DNA of 64,000 bases from Anaerolineales bacterium (GCA_034430595.1 DAOUEL010000031.1:2596-66595), one strand, 5' to 3'; shown: positions 37,273-46,775, numbered from the stretch's first letter. Numbers and translations: made by a program. The notes: generated from the letters alone by a model not told the origin.

Positions 37273-38196
37273 ATGTACAAGATCGGGGAAAACATCCATA
37301 TCATTTCACCACGTGTTAAGGAGGCGCTGAGCGAGCGGGACGGGGCATTCTTCGTCGAACTGGCGCGCAAGCAGAAGGCGGCCGGCGCTGACGCGATCGA
37401 CCTGAACATCGGACCGCGTAAAAAGGACGGCCCAGAGGTTGTCGAATGGCTGGTGGACTGCATGCAGGAAGCCGTGCCTGGAATGACAATCTCCTTCGAC
37501 ACCACCAACCTTCCGGCAATCGAGGTCGGCTTGAAGCGCTGGGGCTCAAATGCCATTATCAACAGCACCTCAGCCGAGGAAGAGCGGCTAGCAAACGTCC
37601 CGCCAGTCGCTGCCAAGTACGGCGCGAAGCTGATCGCCCTTTGCATGGAGAAGAGCGGCATCCCGGTCAGCGCCGACGCGCGCGTGGCGATTGCCATGGA
37701 GAAACTCATCCCACGTGCTGAGGAAGTCGGCATGCCGATTGAGAACCTGCTCGTCGACCCGCTCATACTCACCGTCTCTGGCTGCCAAGAATACGTGCCG
37801 GAAGCGATCGAAACGGTACGCATGCTGAAGATGGTCGCCGATCCGCCGCCGATGACGGTCGTCGGACTCTCCAACGTGTCGAACGCGGTACCGAACGAGA
37901 TGCGCCCACTGCTGAACCGAGTCTATATGGCCATGCTCATGGCTGCCGGTCTCGATGCCGCGATTCTCGATCCGCTGGACACCGAATTGATGGATGTGAT
38001 TGAGACCGTCCAGACACGTGACGATAGCACACCGGTCAAGGCGCTCTACCTGAAACTGCATGACGCCGTCGCGGCGATGGAGGAGCTGCAGCCTGACCAG
38101 GTTGACATGTCCGATCCCGAACAGGCTGCAATCTGGAAATCGGTTCAGGTGCTGTTGAACAAGGTGATCTATACTGACTCCTACCTGCAGTTCTGA
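37273..38196 (+). CDS. acsE: methyltetrahydrofolate:corrinoid Fe-S protein methyltransferase (pterin-binding domain)
   Basis: MYKIGENIHIISPRVKEAL..., DAIDLNIGP, INSTS and GLSNVS match the AcsE/MeTr pterin-binding barrel pattern. It is the last gene before the terminator. Confidence 0.88.
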   Translation: MYKIGENIHIISPRVKEALSERDGAFFVELARKQKAAGADAIDLNIGPRKKDGPEVVEWLVDCMQEAVPGMTISFDTTNLPAIEVGLKRWGSNAIINSTSAEEERLANVPPVAAKYGAKLIALCMEKSGIPVSADARVAIAMEKLIPRAEEVGMPIENLLVDPLILTVSGCQEYVPEAIETVRMLKMVADPPPMTVVGLSNVSNAVPNEMRPLLNRVYMAMLMAAGLDAAILDPLDTELMDVIETVQTRDDSTPVKALYLKLHDAVAAMEELQPDQVDMSDPEQAAIWKSVQVLLNKVIYTDSYLQF

Positions 38197-38204
38197 CCGA
38201 AGCG

Positions 38205-38232
38205 GGCCTCGAAAATTTCGAGGCCTTTTTTT
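38205..38232 (+). terminator. rho-independent terminator closing the CODH/ACS operon
   Basis: GGCCTCGAAA-A-TTTCGAGGCC followed by TTTTTTT. Confidence 0.85.
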
Positions 38233-38273
38233 ATCCGATTAGTGCGGCATCAATTGCCGGACTGAAGGAGGAA

Positions 38274-39641
38274 ATGCCCATGGCCGCAAAGGCCCAACCG
38301 CTCAACGTGGAGGAACTGCTAGCAAAAGCCAAGCAGCCCTCGGCGGACGCAATGGTGATGCATCCCTTCTACAAGGGGAAGGTGGAAGTAGCACTGAAAT
38401 GCTGCGTACGCGATTTCAACGACTTCGCAATTTGGTACACGCCGGGCGTCGCTGCGCCTTGCCGGGCAATCGAGGCTGATCCCGAACTGGTCTACGAATA
38501 CACACACAAAGGCAACACGGTCGCCGTGGTCTCAGACGGCACGCGTGTGCTTGGCCTGGGCGATATCGGCCCAAAAGCCGGCCTGCCGGTGATGGAGGGC
38601 AAGGCGCTGCTTTACAAGTACCTGGGGGGAGTTGATGCCTGGCCGATCATGCTTGACACGAAGGATCCAGATCAGATCATTCAAACCGTGCTCTTGATAC
38701 AGCCCGGGTTCGGCGGTGTGAACCTGGAGGATCTCTCGCAGCCGAAATGCTTCCGCATCCTCGACACCCTGCGGGAGCAGGCCGAAATCCCCGTCTGGCA
38801 TGATGATCAACAGGGCACGGCAACGGTCACGCTGGCCGGCTTGAAGAACGCACTCAAGATTGTCGGCAAGCCAATCGACCAGGTCGAGATCGTCTTCGTC
38901 GGCTCAGGCGCCTCGAACGTCGCCTGCGCCCGACTCATCTTCGCCTCCGGGGCTAACCCGGCCCTGGCTCGAATCGTCGACAGCAAGGGCATCCTGCACA
39001 AGAAGCGCGAGGATCTCGAGCTGCGCAAAGCGGAATACGTCGACAAGTGGAAGTTCTGCCAGATCACCAACGAAGAAGGCCGTGAAGGCACTACCGAGGA
39101 CGCGATGCGTGGTGCGGACGTCGTCATCGCCCTCTCCAAGCCCGGACCCGGCACAGTCCTACCCGAGTGGATCAAGGGCATGGCCAAGGACGCTATCGTC
39201 TTCGCCTGCGCCAACCCGGTGCCGGAAATCTGGCCCTGGGAGGCGACCGAAGCGGGAGCAGCGGTGGTCGCCACCGGTCGCTCCGACTTCCCGAATCAGG
39301 TGAATAACTCGCTCGGTTTCCCGGGCATCTTCCGCGGCACGCTCGATGTGCGCGCCACGACCATCACCGATTCAATGTGCATCGCCGCCGCCGACGCGTT
39401 AGCCGGAATGGCAGAAGAGAAGGGCCTCACACAGGAGTACATCCTGCCCAATATGGACGAGTGGGAGGTCTTCCCGCGCGAGGCTGCCGCGGTCGCGGCC
39501 AAGGCGGTCGAGGAAGGCCTGGCCCGCACACCCATGACCTACGAAGAGGAATTGAAGAACGCCGAGCAGATCATTCGCCGCTCTCGCAATCTCACGACGC
39601 TCATGATGGATGAAGGCTTCATCGCGCCGTGCGGTGGCTGA
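38274..39641 (+). CDS. NAD(P)-dependent malic enzyme (short form, no PTA domain)
   Basis: [56 protein letters not shown] and [11 protein letters not shown] motifs. ATG 38280 is an alternative start with better SD spacing. Confidence 0.9.
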   Translation: MPMAAKAQPLNVEELLAKAKQPSADAMVMHPFYKGKVEVALKCCVRDFNDFAIWYTPGVAAPCRAIEADPELVYEYTHKGNTVAVVSDGTRVLGLGDIGPKAGLPVMEGKALLYKYLGGVDAWPIMLDTKDPDQIIQTVLLIQPGFGGVNLEDLSQPKCFRILDTLREQAEIPVWHDDQQGTATVTLAGLKNALKIVGKPIDQVEIVFVGSGASNVACARLIFASGANPALARIVDSKGILHKKREDLELRKAEYVDKWKFCQITNEEGREGTTEDAMRGADVVIALSKPGPGTVLPEWIKGMAKDAIVFACANPVPEIWPWEATEAGAAVVATGRSDFPNQVNNSLGFPGIFRGTLDVRATTITDSMCIAAADALAGMAEEKGLTQEYILPNMDEWEVFPREAAAVAAKAVEEGLARTPMTYEEELKNAEQIIRRSRNLTTLMMDEGFIAPCGG

Positions 39642-39665
39642 CTTGCGAGATAAGGAGAGCAAACC

Positions 39666-40565
39666 ATGTACGACTTGATCATCCTTGGCGGCGGTCCTGC
39701 CGGACTGACCGCTACAGTATATGCACTTCGCAAACGTCTCAACGTGCTTTTAATCACGCGCGACCTGGGCGGCAAGACAAACTACCACCTGCAGCTGCCC
39801 TTCGTCGAGAAACACCTCGTCATCACCGGGGCGGAAGTCGTGAGCCGCTTCGCAAACGAGGTGGAGTATCTGGAGTTTTCGCGCGTTTTCGATAAGGCTG
39901 AAAAGGTTGAGAAGACTAAAGAAGGCTTCAAGGTTTCAACCCGTGAGGGCGCTGTTTACGAATCCAAAGCCTTGATCGTCGCCACCGGAGCGCTGGGACG
40001 CCTGTTGAAGATTCCGGGCGAGAAGGAATTCATGATGCGGGGCTTATGCTACAGCGCTGTTTCCTACGCACCGCTCTTCATCGATCGCGATGTCGTCGTG
40101 ATTGGCGACACGCACCTCGCGCTGCGTTCGGCCGCCGAACTATCCCACATCGCCCACCAGGTGACGCTCGTCGCACCCTCGCATGGCGAACTGGAGTCCG
40201 CGCTCGGGCGCAACGTGCTCAAGGCGGAAAACGTGAAAGTCATGGAGGGCTACCGTGTCAACGAGGTCAAGGGCGATGAGTACGCCCGGCGGATCGTTGT
40301 AGGCAAGAACGGCGACTCGAGCGAACTTGAGGCGGACGCCTTCTTCGTCGAGCTCGAACTCGAACCACAGTCCGGGATCGTCGCCGACCTGGTCGCACTC
40401 GACAAACGCAAGCGCATCATGGTCGACGGTCGCAATCGCACCTCGACCGAAGGGCTGTTTGCAGCGGGTGATGTGACCGACGTCATCGCAGAGCAAGTGC
40501 TGATCTCGGTCGGCGAGGGAGCCAAGGCTGCACTTTCAGCCTACGATTACCTGCTGCAGTTGTAG
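39666..40565 (+). CDS. thioredoxin-reductase-like flavoprotein lacking the CxxC disulfide and the canonical NADPH motif
   Basis: The FAD motif DLIILGGGPAGLTATVYA and the C-terminal GLFAAGDV are intact. The position of TrxB CATC reads SAVS, GGGNTA reads IGDTHLA, and HRR reads APS (by-eye alignment to E. coli TrxB from memory). Confidence 0.8.
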   Translation: MYDLIILGGGPAGLTATVYALRKRLNVLLITRDLGGKTNYHLQLPFVEKHLVITGAEVVSRFANEVEYLEFSRVFDKAEKVEKTKEGFKVSTREGAVYESKALIVATGALGRLLKIPGEKEFMMRGLCYSAVSYAPLFIDRDVVVIGDTHLALRSAAELSHIAHQVTLVAPSHGELESALGRNVLKAENVKVMEGYRVNEVKGDEYARRIVVGKNGDSSELEADAFFVELELEPQSGIVADLVALDKRKRIMVDGRNRTSTEGLFAAGDVTDVIAEQVLISVGEGAKAALSAYDYLLQL

Positions 40566-40593
40566 CGGCACAATATTAGGAATGACCGTTCTT

Positions 40594-40884
40594 GTTGGGG
40601 CGCACGGCCGTACGCCCCTCCCAACCCAGACGATCCATGTAGGGGCGGGGTTCCCCCGCCCCTGCGCATTTAAGCCATGCCAAACACGCGTAGGGGCACG
40701 CTATAGCGTGCCCCTACGTAACCTTCTGTGAATGTTCAATCGTCGTAAGGGCAAGGAGCCACCGTGCCCCTTCCGGCGAATGCAGCTACGCAGGGATATG
40801 ACCTTGTCGCATCGGTTCTTCAGCAAAGTAACCGGCCACAGTATCCTAGTCTCTTGTAGGGGCATCCTGCCGTGCGCCCTTACG
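40594..40884. repeat. cluster of four GC-rich palindromic REP-like elements
   Basis: 40594-40625: GTTGGGGCG...CGCCCCTCCCAAC. 40639-40665: GTAGGGGCGGGG-TTC-CCCCGCCCCTGC. 40689-40718: perfect 30-nt palindrome CGTAGGGGCACGCTA|TAGCGTGCCCCTACG. 40856-40884: degenerate GTAGGGGCA...GCGCCCTTAC. All lie in the gap between convergent genes. Confidence 0.75.
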
Positions 40885-40909
40885 TGTGGGTTCCGATGTT
40901 GTACGCGGC

Positions 40910-42169
40910 CTACTCCCTGCCCAGCAGCGCTGCGAAGTACCTGCGCGGCGTGAACGGCTGTCCGGAGAGCAGTTCCTGCACGCGGAACACCCGCGCCGAC
41001 AGCCAGATCGCCAGGGCGGCAGTCAAGGCCAGCAGAACGGCTGAAAGGGCCAGCTGCCACCCGGGGACTCCGCCGATTGTCAGGCGCATTACCATTCCGA
41101 CCGGCGCCGTCAGCGGGAAGAGGCTGATGGCAACCGCCAGCGGTCCATGCGGGGCTTCAATGGCGACAATCGCCAGGAAGTAGCCCAGGAAGAGCGGCGA
41201 GGCGACCACCCAGGTCGCGGCTGAAATCTCCTTCAGATTTGGTACCAGCGCACCGGCTCCGGCCATCAGGGAGGCGTAGACTGCATAACCGAGCACAAAG
41301 TACACGATCGCCCAAAAGACGACCGAACTGGGAATCGCGAACCCGGAGGGAATGTTCAACGTCGACCCGCCGAAGCCGAGTGTAAGATAGCCGGATATGA
41401 TCCATGAAGCTGCTGCCAGCAGAGCGGCCAGCCCAAGACCGATGATCTTACCCAGCAGCAGTTGCCGGGGCGAGGCAGAGAGCAGAAGCACCTCCATCAC
41501 GCGGTTCTGTTTCTCCCTGCTCACGCTGCGCATCAAGATGCCGGCCCCGTTCATCAGGATCACAAAGAAGATCACCGTCACGAACAGCGGCAGCATCCGC
41601 AGCACAGGATTCGATTCGCAGTAGGGGCCAGGTCGCGTACAGGATCCTTCAAGAGATCCCTCAGCCGACAGATCCGTCACCTGCAATATCATCGGATTCC
41701 ACACCCGGGTTGCAGCTTCCATATCCCGACCCATCATGTTGTACATCAGCGCCCACTGGATGGTCCAATCTTGCGGGTTGGACGAGAACGGCGAGTAGTC
41801 TGCCCGGATGTACGTCAGGTCACCCGTGCTGAGAAAATCGGAGGGGATCACATAATAGCTGCTGATCTGACCGCTTTCGAGCGCCTGCTTTGCCTCGGCC
41901 TCCGTCCCGTACCGGAGCAAGACCCCATCGGGCAGGTCATCGGGAAGGACGTTTACCAATCCGCTGTGGTCAACGAAGCCCTCCACATCCAGTGATTGTT
42001 CCTCCTGAGCGCCTTCCTCGGCGCTGGCTGTGCTATTAGCGGCCAGCCGGCCGAACAACGAGACCCCCAGCATGGCTGCAATGGGAACGAGTACCCCGAA
42101 GAGCAGGAAAGACCGGCGCGAGATCGTGGTAATCAGTTCGTGCTTCAGGATTAAAAGTGTCTTTTTCAT
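40910..42169 (-). CDS. ABC-2 family transporter permease (NatB-like)
   Basis: MKKTLLILKHELITTISRRSFLLF start, a large extracytoplasmic loop, then a 5-TM ABC-2 core. ATG 42169 overlaps the upstream stop (ATGA); the track ORF extends to 42277. Confidence 0.8.
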   Translation of the reverse strand: MKKTLLILKHELITTISRRSFLLFGVLVPIAAMLGVSLFGRLAANSTASAEEGAQEEQSLDVEGFVDHSGLVNVLPDDLPDGVLLRYGTEAEAKQALESGQISSYYVIPSDFLSTGDLTYIRADYSPFSSNPQDWTIQWALMYNMMGRDMEAATRVWNPMILQVTDLSAEGSLEGSCTRPGPYCESNPVLRMLPLFVTVIFFVILMNGAGILMRSVSREKQNRVMEVLLLSASPRQLLLGKIIGLGLAALLAAASWIISGYLTLGFGGSTLNIPSGFAIPSSVVFWAIVYFVLGYAVYASLMAGAGALVPNLKEISAATWVVASPLFLGYFLAIVAIEAPHGPLAVAISLFPLTAPVGMVMRLTIGGVPGWQLALSAVLLALTAALAIWLSARVFRVQELLSGQPFTPRRYFAALLGRE

Positions 42170-43395
42170 CCCGCACCCCCAGCCTCTAGGGATGGCCGCC
42201 GTCCGAAGACTTCCTTCAGCTTGATCCGCTGTCCGAGGCGCAGCATGCCGATCCGGAACGCCCGACCTGCGAGCCACACCAGGAAGCCGCTGAGCGCCGC
42301 CTGGACCAGGAAGGTCGCCAGCAGCTGACCGAAGGGGATGACCGTGAACAGGTTGCGGATCCCGAAGGTTATGAGCGAAGTGAAGGGCATGAACGACAAC
42401 AAGATCGAGAATGTTCCATTGGGATTATCCCCGATAGCCTGCAGGGCATAGATCGGCAGGAAGAAGACCAACAGGAACAACCCTGAGAGCGCCTGTCCCT
42501 CCTGCAGTTCGCCGACCGTCGATCCGACCATGATCATCAACGCCAGCGCGGAGATGTAATTTGGCAATGCGATCATCACCACCGCGCTCAGCGATCTCCA
42601 ATCGATGCTCGCCTGCTGAAGCCAGGCAAGGTCGAACACCCTGCCGCCGAGGAACACCGCGATAACTCCGATCAGGGTCCAGCAGGTCAGCAGGGTGAGA
42701 CTGATTCCGAGAATGCCAATCAGCTTGCCACGCAGCAGCCCGCCGGGCGGGATCGAGGTGACCAGCACTTCCATCGTGCGCGTTTCACGCTCACCGGCCA
42801 CCGCACCCATGGCATAGCCGGATGACATCAGCAGCACGAAGACAAAGCCAGCGCTGACGATCAGCGGCAGTGTGAGCGAGAACGGCGGACCCCCCGCGGG
42901 GTAGGAACGGCCGCTATCGGGCGTCTGCACCATCATATTCGTCCCGGATACAATCCGGGCAGCCATTTCGGGCTCGAACTTGAGTGCCACGTTATACCGT
43001 AGCAGAAGGTAAAACAACCCACGCGCATCTTCCGATGCCTCATCGACAATCGTCAGCTGGACATCCCCCGTCTCGATGTAATCGGGGGGAATTGTGAAAA
43101 AGCCTTGAATTTCACCGGCCTGCAAGGCGTCATCGGCAGCAGCCTCGTTCTCGTAAGGCAGGATCCCGATCACTTCAGCATCCGCATCCACCCAGGGCGT
43201 ATCAAACGAGCGGATCACGCTGGCCTGATCGACAAATCCGATCGGTTTCTTGCTGGAATTCAACGATTCCGTAATCAGCCCTAAACCGATGCTGACCGTC
43301 AGGAACAGCGGCAGGCTGAGCAGCGAAAGCAGGAAGCTGCGTTTGATGACGTTCGTCCGGTATTCATGGATCGCGACGTGCAGTATTTTCGACAT
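42166..43395 (-). CDS. ABC-2 family transporter permease (NatB-like paralog)
   Basis: Same architecture as its neighbour (MSKILHVAIHEYRTNVIKRSFLLSLL...). The start overlaps the ATPase stop (TGATG). Confidence 0.8.
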   Translation of the reverse strand: MSKILHVAIHEYRTNVIKRSFLLSLLSLPLFLTVSIGLGLITESLNSSKKPIGFVDQASVIRSFDTPWVDADAEVIGILPYENEAAADDALQAGEIQGFFTIPPDYIETGDVQLTIVDEASEDARGLFYLLLRYNVALKFEPEMAARIVSGTNMMVQTPDSGRSYPAGGPPFSLTLPLIVSAGFVFVLLMSSGYAMGAVAGERETRTMEVLVTSIPPGGLLRGKLIGILGISLTLLTCWTLIGVIAVFLGGRVFDLAWLQQASIDWRSLSAVVMIALPNYISALALMIMVGSTVGELQEGQALSGLFLLVFFLPIYALQAIGDNPNGTFSILLSFMPFTSLITFGIRNLFTVIPFGQLLATFLVQAALSGFLVWLAGRAFRIGMLRLGQRIKLKEVFGRRPSLEAGGAG

Positions 43396-44291
43396 CAGCG
43401 CACGTCTCCCTTGACTACCCGGATGAAGATCTCATCCAGTTCGGGTATCGCCAGTTCAAATTTTTCGACCGATGCTCCTGCTTGCAGCAGCGCTCGCAGC
43501 AGGTCATCGGGGGTCATACCTGGCTCAAGACTCAGCTTGAGGGCGTCATTGTGCGACATCACGGTGGTCACGCCGGCCAGGTTGGGAAGTGCCTCACGCG
43601 TGCGCACGAGAACTTCTTCGCCGGAGTACTTGCGCCGGATTTCCTGGAGATCTCCGTAGAGCAGTGTCACACCCTTATCGATCAAGACGATGCGGTCACT
43701 GAGCTCTTCGACCTGGTGCATCTGGTGTGTAGACATCAGGATCGACTTGCCCTCGCTACGTAGTTCACGCATGACATCCTTGACAAGCTGTGTGTTGAGT
43801 GGGTCAAGTGCAGTAAAAGGCTCATCGATGATGATCAGGTCCGGATCATGGATGATCGTGCTGATAATCTGTGCCTTCTGCTGCATACCCTTGCTGAGCG
43901 CCTTCACTGGCTGCTTACGGTGTTCAGCGAGATCGAAGCGTTGGAGCAGAGACTTCAGCCGAGATTGAGCGTCTGCAGCGGGCATGCCTTTCAACCCCGC
44001 GAGATAGATCAAGCATCGCTCGAGAGGAAGATCCTGGTACAGTCCACGCTCTTCCGGCATGTATCCAATCCGGTTCAGCTTCGAAGGGTCCATTGCCCCA
44101 CCGAGAATCGCCACCTGGCCCCGATCAGGTTTAAAGAGATCGAGGATAATGCGGATGGTGGTCGTCTTCCCGGCTCCGTTCGGGCCAAGAAGTCCGAGGA
44201 TCTCACCCTCGTGGAGCTCGAAACTGACATCGCTGACAGCCTTCGTCGTCCCGAAAGCCTTTGCGACATGCTGAACTTCGATCGCGTTCAT
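43395..44291 (-). CDS. ABC transporter ATP-binding protein (NatA-like)
   Basis: GPNGAGKTT, LSKGMQQKAQ and LIIIDEPFTALD. Confidence 0.9.
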   Translation of the reverse strand: MNAIEVQHVAKAFGTTKAVSDVSFELHEGEILGLLGPNGAGKTTTIRIILDLFKPDRGQVAILGGAMDPSKLNRIGYMPEERGLYQDLPLERCLIYLAGLKGMPAADAQSRLKSLLQRFDLAEHRKQPVKALSKGMQQKAQIISTIIHDPDLIIIDEPFTALDPLNTQLVKDVMRELRSEGKSILMSTHQMHQVEELSDRIVLIDKGVTLLYGDLQEIRRKYSGEEVLVRTREALPNLAGVTTVMSHNDALKLSLEPGMTPDDLLRALLQAGASVEKFELAIPELDEIFIRVVKGDVR

Positions 44292-45217
44292 AACTGTGAT
44301 TCCTCCATCATGATCTGATTCGTGAGTATATCAACTGCTTTCCGAGAGGTTAGCGTGATAGTTCGGGAGTGGGCTTGCTCTGCTGAATCTGGCGCCGCTT
44401 TGGCGGCAACTTCATAACCTGCCAGGTATTGTGTCATGATCTCCCGCCCGCGTTTTATCATCTCTCCCGTTTGACTGAAATCAAATAAGGGGTGCCCATC
44501 AAAATCTGTCATCTGGATATGATGCAGTTTCACACTAAGTGTCCGGCGGGCCTGGCCGAGTTCAAACTGTGCCAGATGATACAGAATAATATCCGCTTCG
44601 TGCAGTAAGATCGGGATCAATCCCTGCTTACATTCTTCCCTACCTCCGAGCGCGGTCAGGTCGAGCGCGAAGATTTGATCTGCCCCGCGCTCAATGGCCA
44701 CCAGGAGCGGCAGATTGGACAAATATCCGCCGTCGGTGAAACGCCGGTCGTTGATGCTCCAGGGCGGGAAGAACGGCTGAATGGAGGTGCTGGCCATAAT
44801 TGCGTCAACCAGCGAGTCAGCCGGATCATCACCAAAGATATGCAGTTGGCCGCTCCCTAGATCGACGGCGGTTATGTACAGCTGGACGGAAGCCAGATCG
44901 GCGAACCTCTTCGCCTGCGGCAGCACATGCCGACGGACGAAACGATGGAACTCACCGCTCGACACCAGACTGTCACGTTTGAGCAGCATCCGGAGCGCCA
45001 TCGTGATCAGGTTCGGGGAGTAGATTTTCGTCATCTCCGCGCCCAGCCAGAACTGCTCCAACTGCTCCAGGCCGGTCTCGTCTGGGTGTGCCGCAAGGGC
45101 CGCTCCGTTGACCGCCCCCACGGAAGAACCTACGATCATGTCAGGCCTGATCCCTGCTTCGAACAGCACCTGCAGCGCGCCACGGCTGCCTCCCCCGCTT
45201 AATACAAATGCGTTCAT
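44288..45217 (-). CDS. patatin-like phospholipase
   Basis: SGGGSRG oxyanion motif, GSSVGA (GxSxG serine) and FTDGGY (catalytic Asp). The stop overlaps the ABC ATPase start (ATGA). Confidence 0.85.
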   Translation of the reverse strand: MNAFVLSGGGSRGALQVLFEAGIRPDMIVGSSVGAVNGAALAAHPDETGLEQLEQFWLGAEMTKIYSPNLITMALRMLLKRDSLVSSGEFHRFVRRHVLPQAKRFADLASVQLYITAVDLGSGQLHIFGDDPADSLVDAIMASTSIQPFFPPWSINDRRFTDGGYLSNLPLLVAIERGADQIFALDLTALGGREECKQGLIPILLHEADIILYHLAQFELGQARRTLSVKLHHIQMTDFDGHPLFDFSQTGEMIKRGREIMTQYLAGYEVAAKAAPDSAEQAHSRTITLTSRKAVDILTNQIMMEESQL

Positions 45218-45481
45218 TCTGTTTCCCTTGTATTCCGTACCTGTCCCGGCAGGCGCCTGGGGCCCAGATGGCTATAGTTTGCTTCGAGATTCATCGGGCT
45301 GCCTGAGAAGATGCTGACGATATCTGGACTGCTCCTGACATCAAGCTTCGGGCTTGTGAATGATCAAGAAAACAAGTGCGCAGGATCTCCAGCCATTGAT
45401 ATCGAATAAGCCCATGTTTGTTTTCATCGCTCTTGCAGTTGAAGCCGGCCCGTACAGGCGAATTTTGAACAGCTTCTCGCT

Positions 45482-45533
45482 CTTCTCCTGTGCCGGGGCA
45501 CATCGGTGTGCCCCGGCACCGAGGAAGGAGAAG
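45482..45533. repeat. compound GC-rich hairpin in a long ORF-free spacer
   Basis: The inner 13-bp stem GTGCCGGGGCACA / TGTGCCCCGGCAC has a TCGG loop. The outer 8-bp stem CTTCTCCT / AGGAGAAG has a 6-nt bulge. Confidence 0.6.
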
Positions 45534-45784
45534 CGAGGCACAGATTCAGCCTCATTCACCCGGAGATAATCACCATCATCATCAACTCGGATGCAAGTAG
45601 ACTATTGCACGGAGATGGGGGGTCGTGCATCCCCCGAGTTGGGGAAATGCGCCTTCTAACTGCGGCATAAGCATCAAACCAAGAAACGGGTGGTTGAGAG
45701 GCGGTTATTCGCCCGAGTTGAACCGCCAGGTTATATTCGGTGGTACCTTAGAAAGCGTGTCGTGATACCCGGTGATCGCTTGAA

Positions 45785-46630
45785 ATGGATGGTGTGATGA
45801 TACAAGAACCGGTGAGTACGGTCATGTTGCATTACGATGAGCGCAACCAGGCCAGCACTCAACTTGTTATCCAGGCGATCCACGAGACCGAACAGCTGCT
45901 CCGTTCACGTTGGTCCTTGGAATTTCCGGATAACTGCCACCTGCTGGTGATGACCTCCTGGAGCCAGTTCATGTTCAACGCCGCTCCATGGCCGTGGCGC
46001 GTTGCGCTGGCGCTGACTCTGCCGCTCTGGTTCGCTCGAATAAGGGCAATGTGGAGCGTGGCCGGCGGCTGGACCAATCGCTTTGGAAGGCGGGTTGCGA
46101 TCGGTGTCAAACCCCCGTCTCAGCTGGAGCTTTCGGACCGCCGGATTGGCGAACGAATTTTTGTCCGCGAACAGGACCCGGAAGAAAAAGTGCGCCAGAT
46201 AACCTGCCACGAACTCACCCATGCAGCGACTTCATCTTTGAGATTACCTCTCTGGCTCAACGAAGGATTGGCGGCGCGGGCAGTCGATCATTTCTCCGGC
46301 CACACGACCGTCCGATCCGAGACTTTAGAAACCCTGCGGGATGAGAAGCGCGATCCCAGACCACTGGGTTACCGCAAACTGCAAACCGGTGATCGGGATC
46401 GTGTCGTCTACCAGTTTGCACGAGGGTATTGGCTGACACGTTATCTTGATGAGGACCATGCAGATATCCTGGCCCAATTGCTATCCAACAAGCATTCGAA
46501 TTCTAAGATCGAAGGTCTGGTATCTTCAGCTCTCTCAATAGACACTCCGGACTTGTGGCCGGCAATCGACCAGGCCTTGTTCGAACACTTCGCTTCAGCA
46601 GTTGACGGAGTAGATCGATCGATATCGTAA
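45785..46630 (+). CDS. putative zinc metallopeptidase (gluzincin / peptidase MA-like)
   Basis: ITCHELTHAATSSLRLPLWLNEGLAARAV contains HExxH plus a downstream NEG glutamate, similar to the M1-type WLNEGFA motif. Confidence 0.6.
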   Translation: MDGVMIQEPVSTVMLHYDERNQASTQLVIQAIHETEQLLRSRWSLEFPDNCHLLVMTSWSQFMFNAAPWPWRVALALTLPLWFARIRAMWSVAGGWTNRFGRRVAIGVKPPSQLELSDRRIGERIFVREQDPEEKVRQITCHELTHAATSSLRLPLWLNEGLAARAVDHFSGHTTVRSETLETLRDEKRDPRPLGYRKLQTGDRDRVVYQFARGYWLTRYLDEDHADILAQLLSNKHSNSKIEGLVSSALSIDTPDLWPAIDQALFEHFASAVDGVDRSIS

Positions 46631-46775
46631 ATTTCTTGATGAAAGCAAACGCGTTCGCCCGATCACTTGAACTGGGATTGACTTAATTTCAACCTTGGCC
46701 TTGAATGGCAGAAGCGGTATAAAGCCCTTCCAGAGACTGCCTTTTCCTGCAGCAGGATCTCCTTAAGGAGAGTGT

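Noticed and set aside
40594-40884. Possibility that the clustered palindromes are a CRISPR array
   Set aside because: The units differ in sequence and length, are themselves perfect hairpins, have irregular spacing, and no cas genes are present. They fit REP/terminator-type elements instead.
44288-45217. Patatin as a CBASS effector, or the cyclase-STAND protein (55080..58493) as a Pycsar/Avs defence gene
   Set aside because: No CD-NTase, cNMP-sensing effector, phage-related or mobile-element genes are nearby. The contexts are transporter and detox/housekeeping genes. Both were kept only as low-key hypotheses in the findings.
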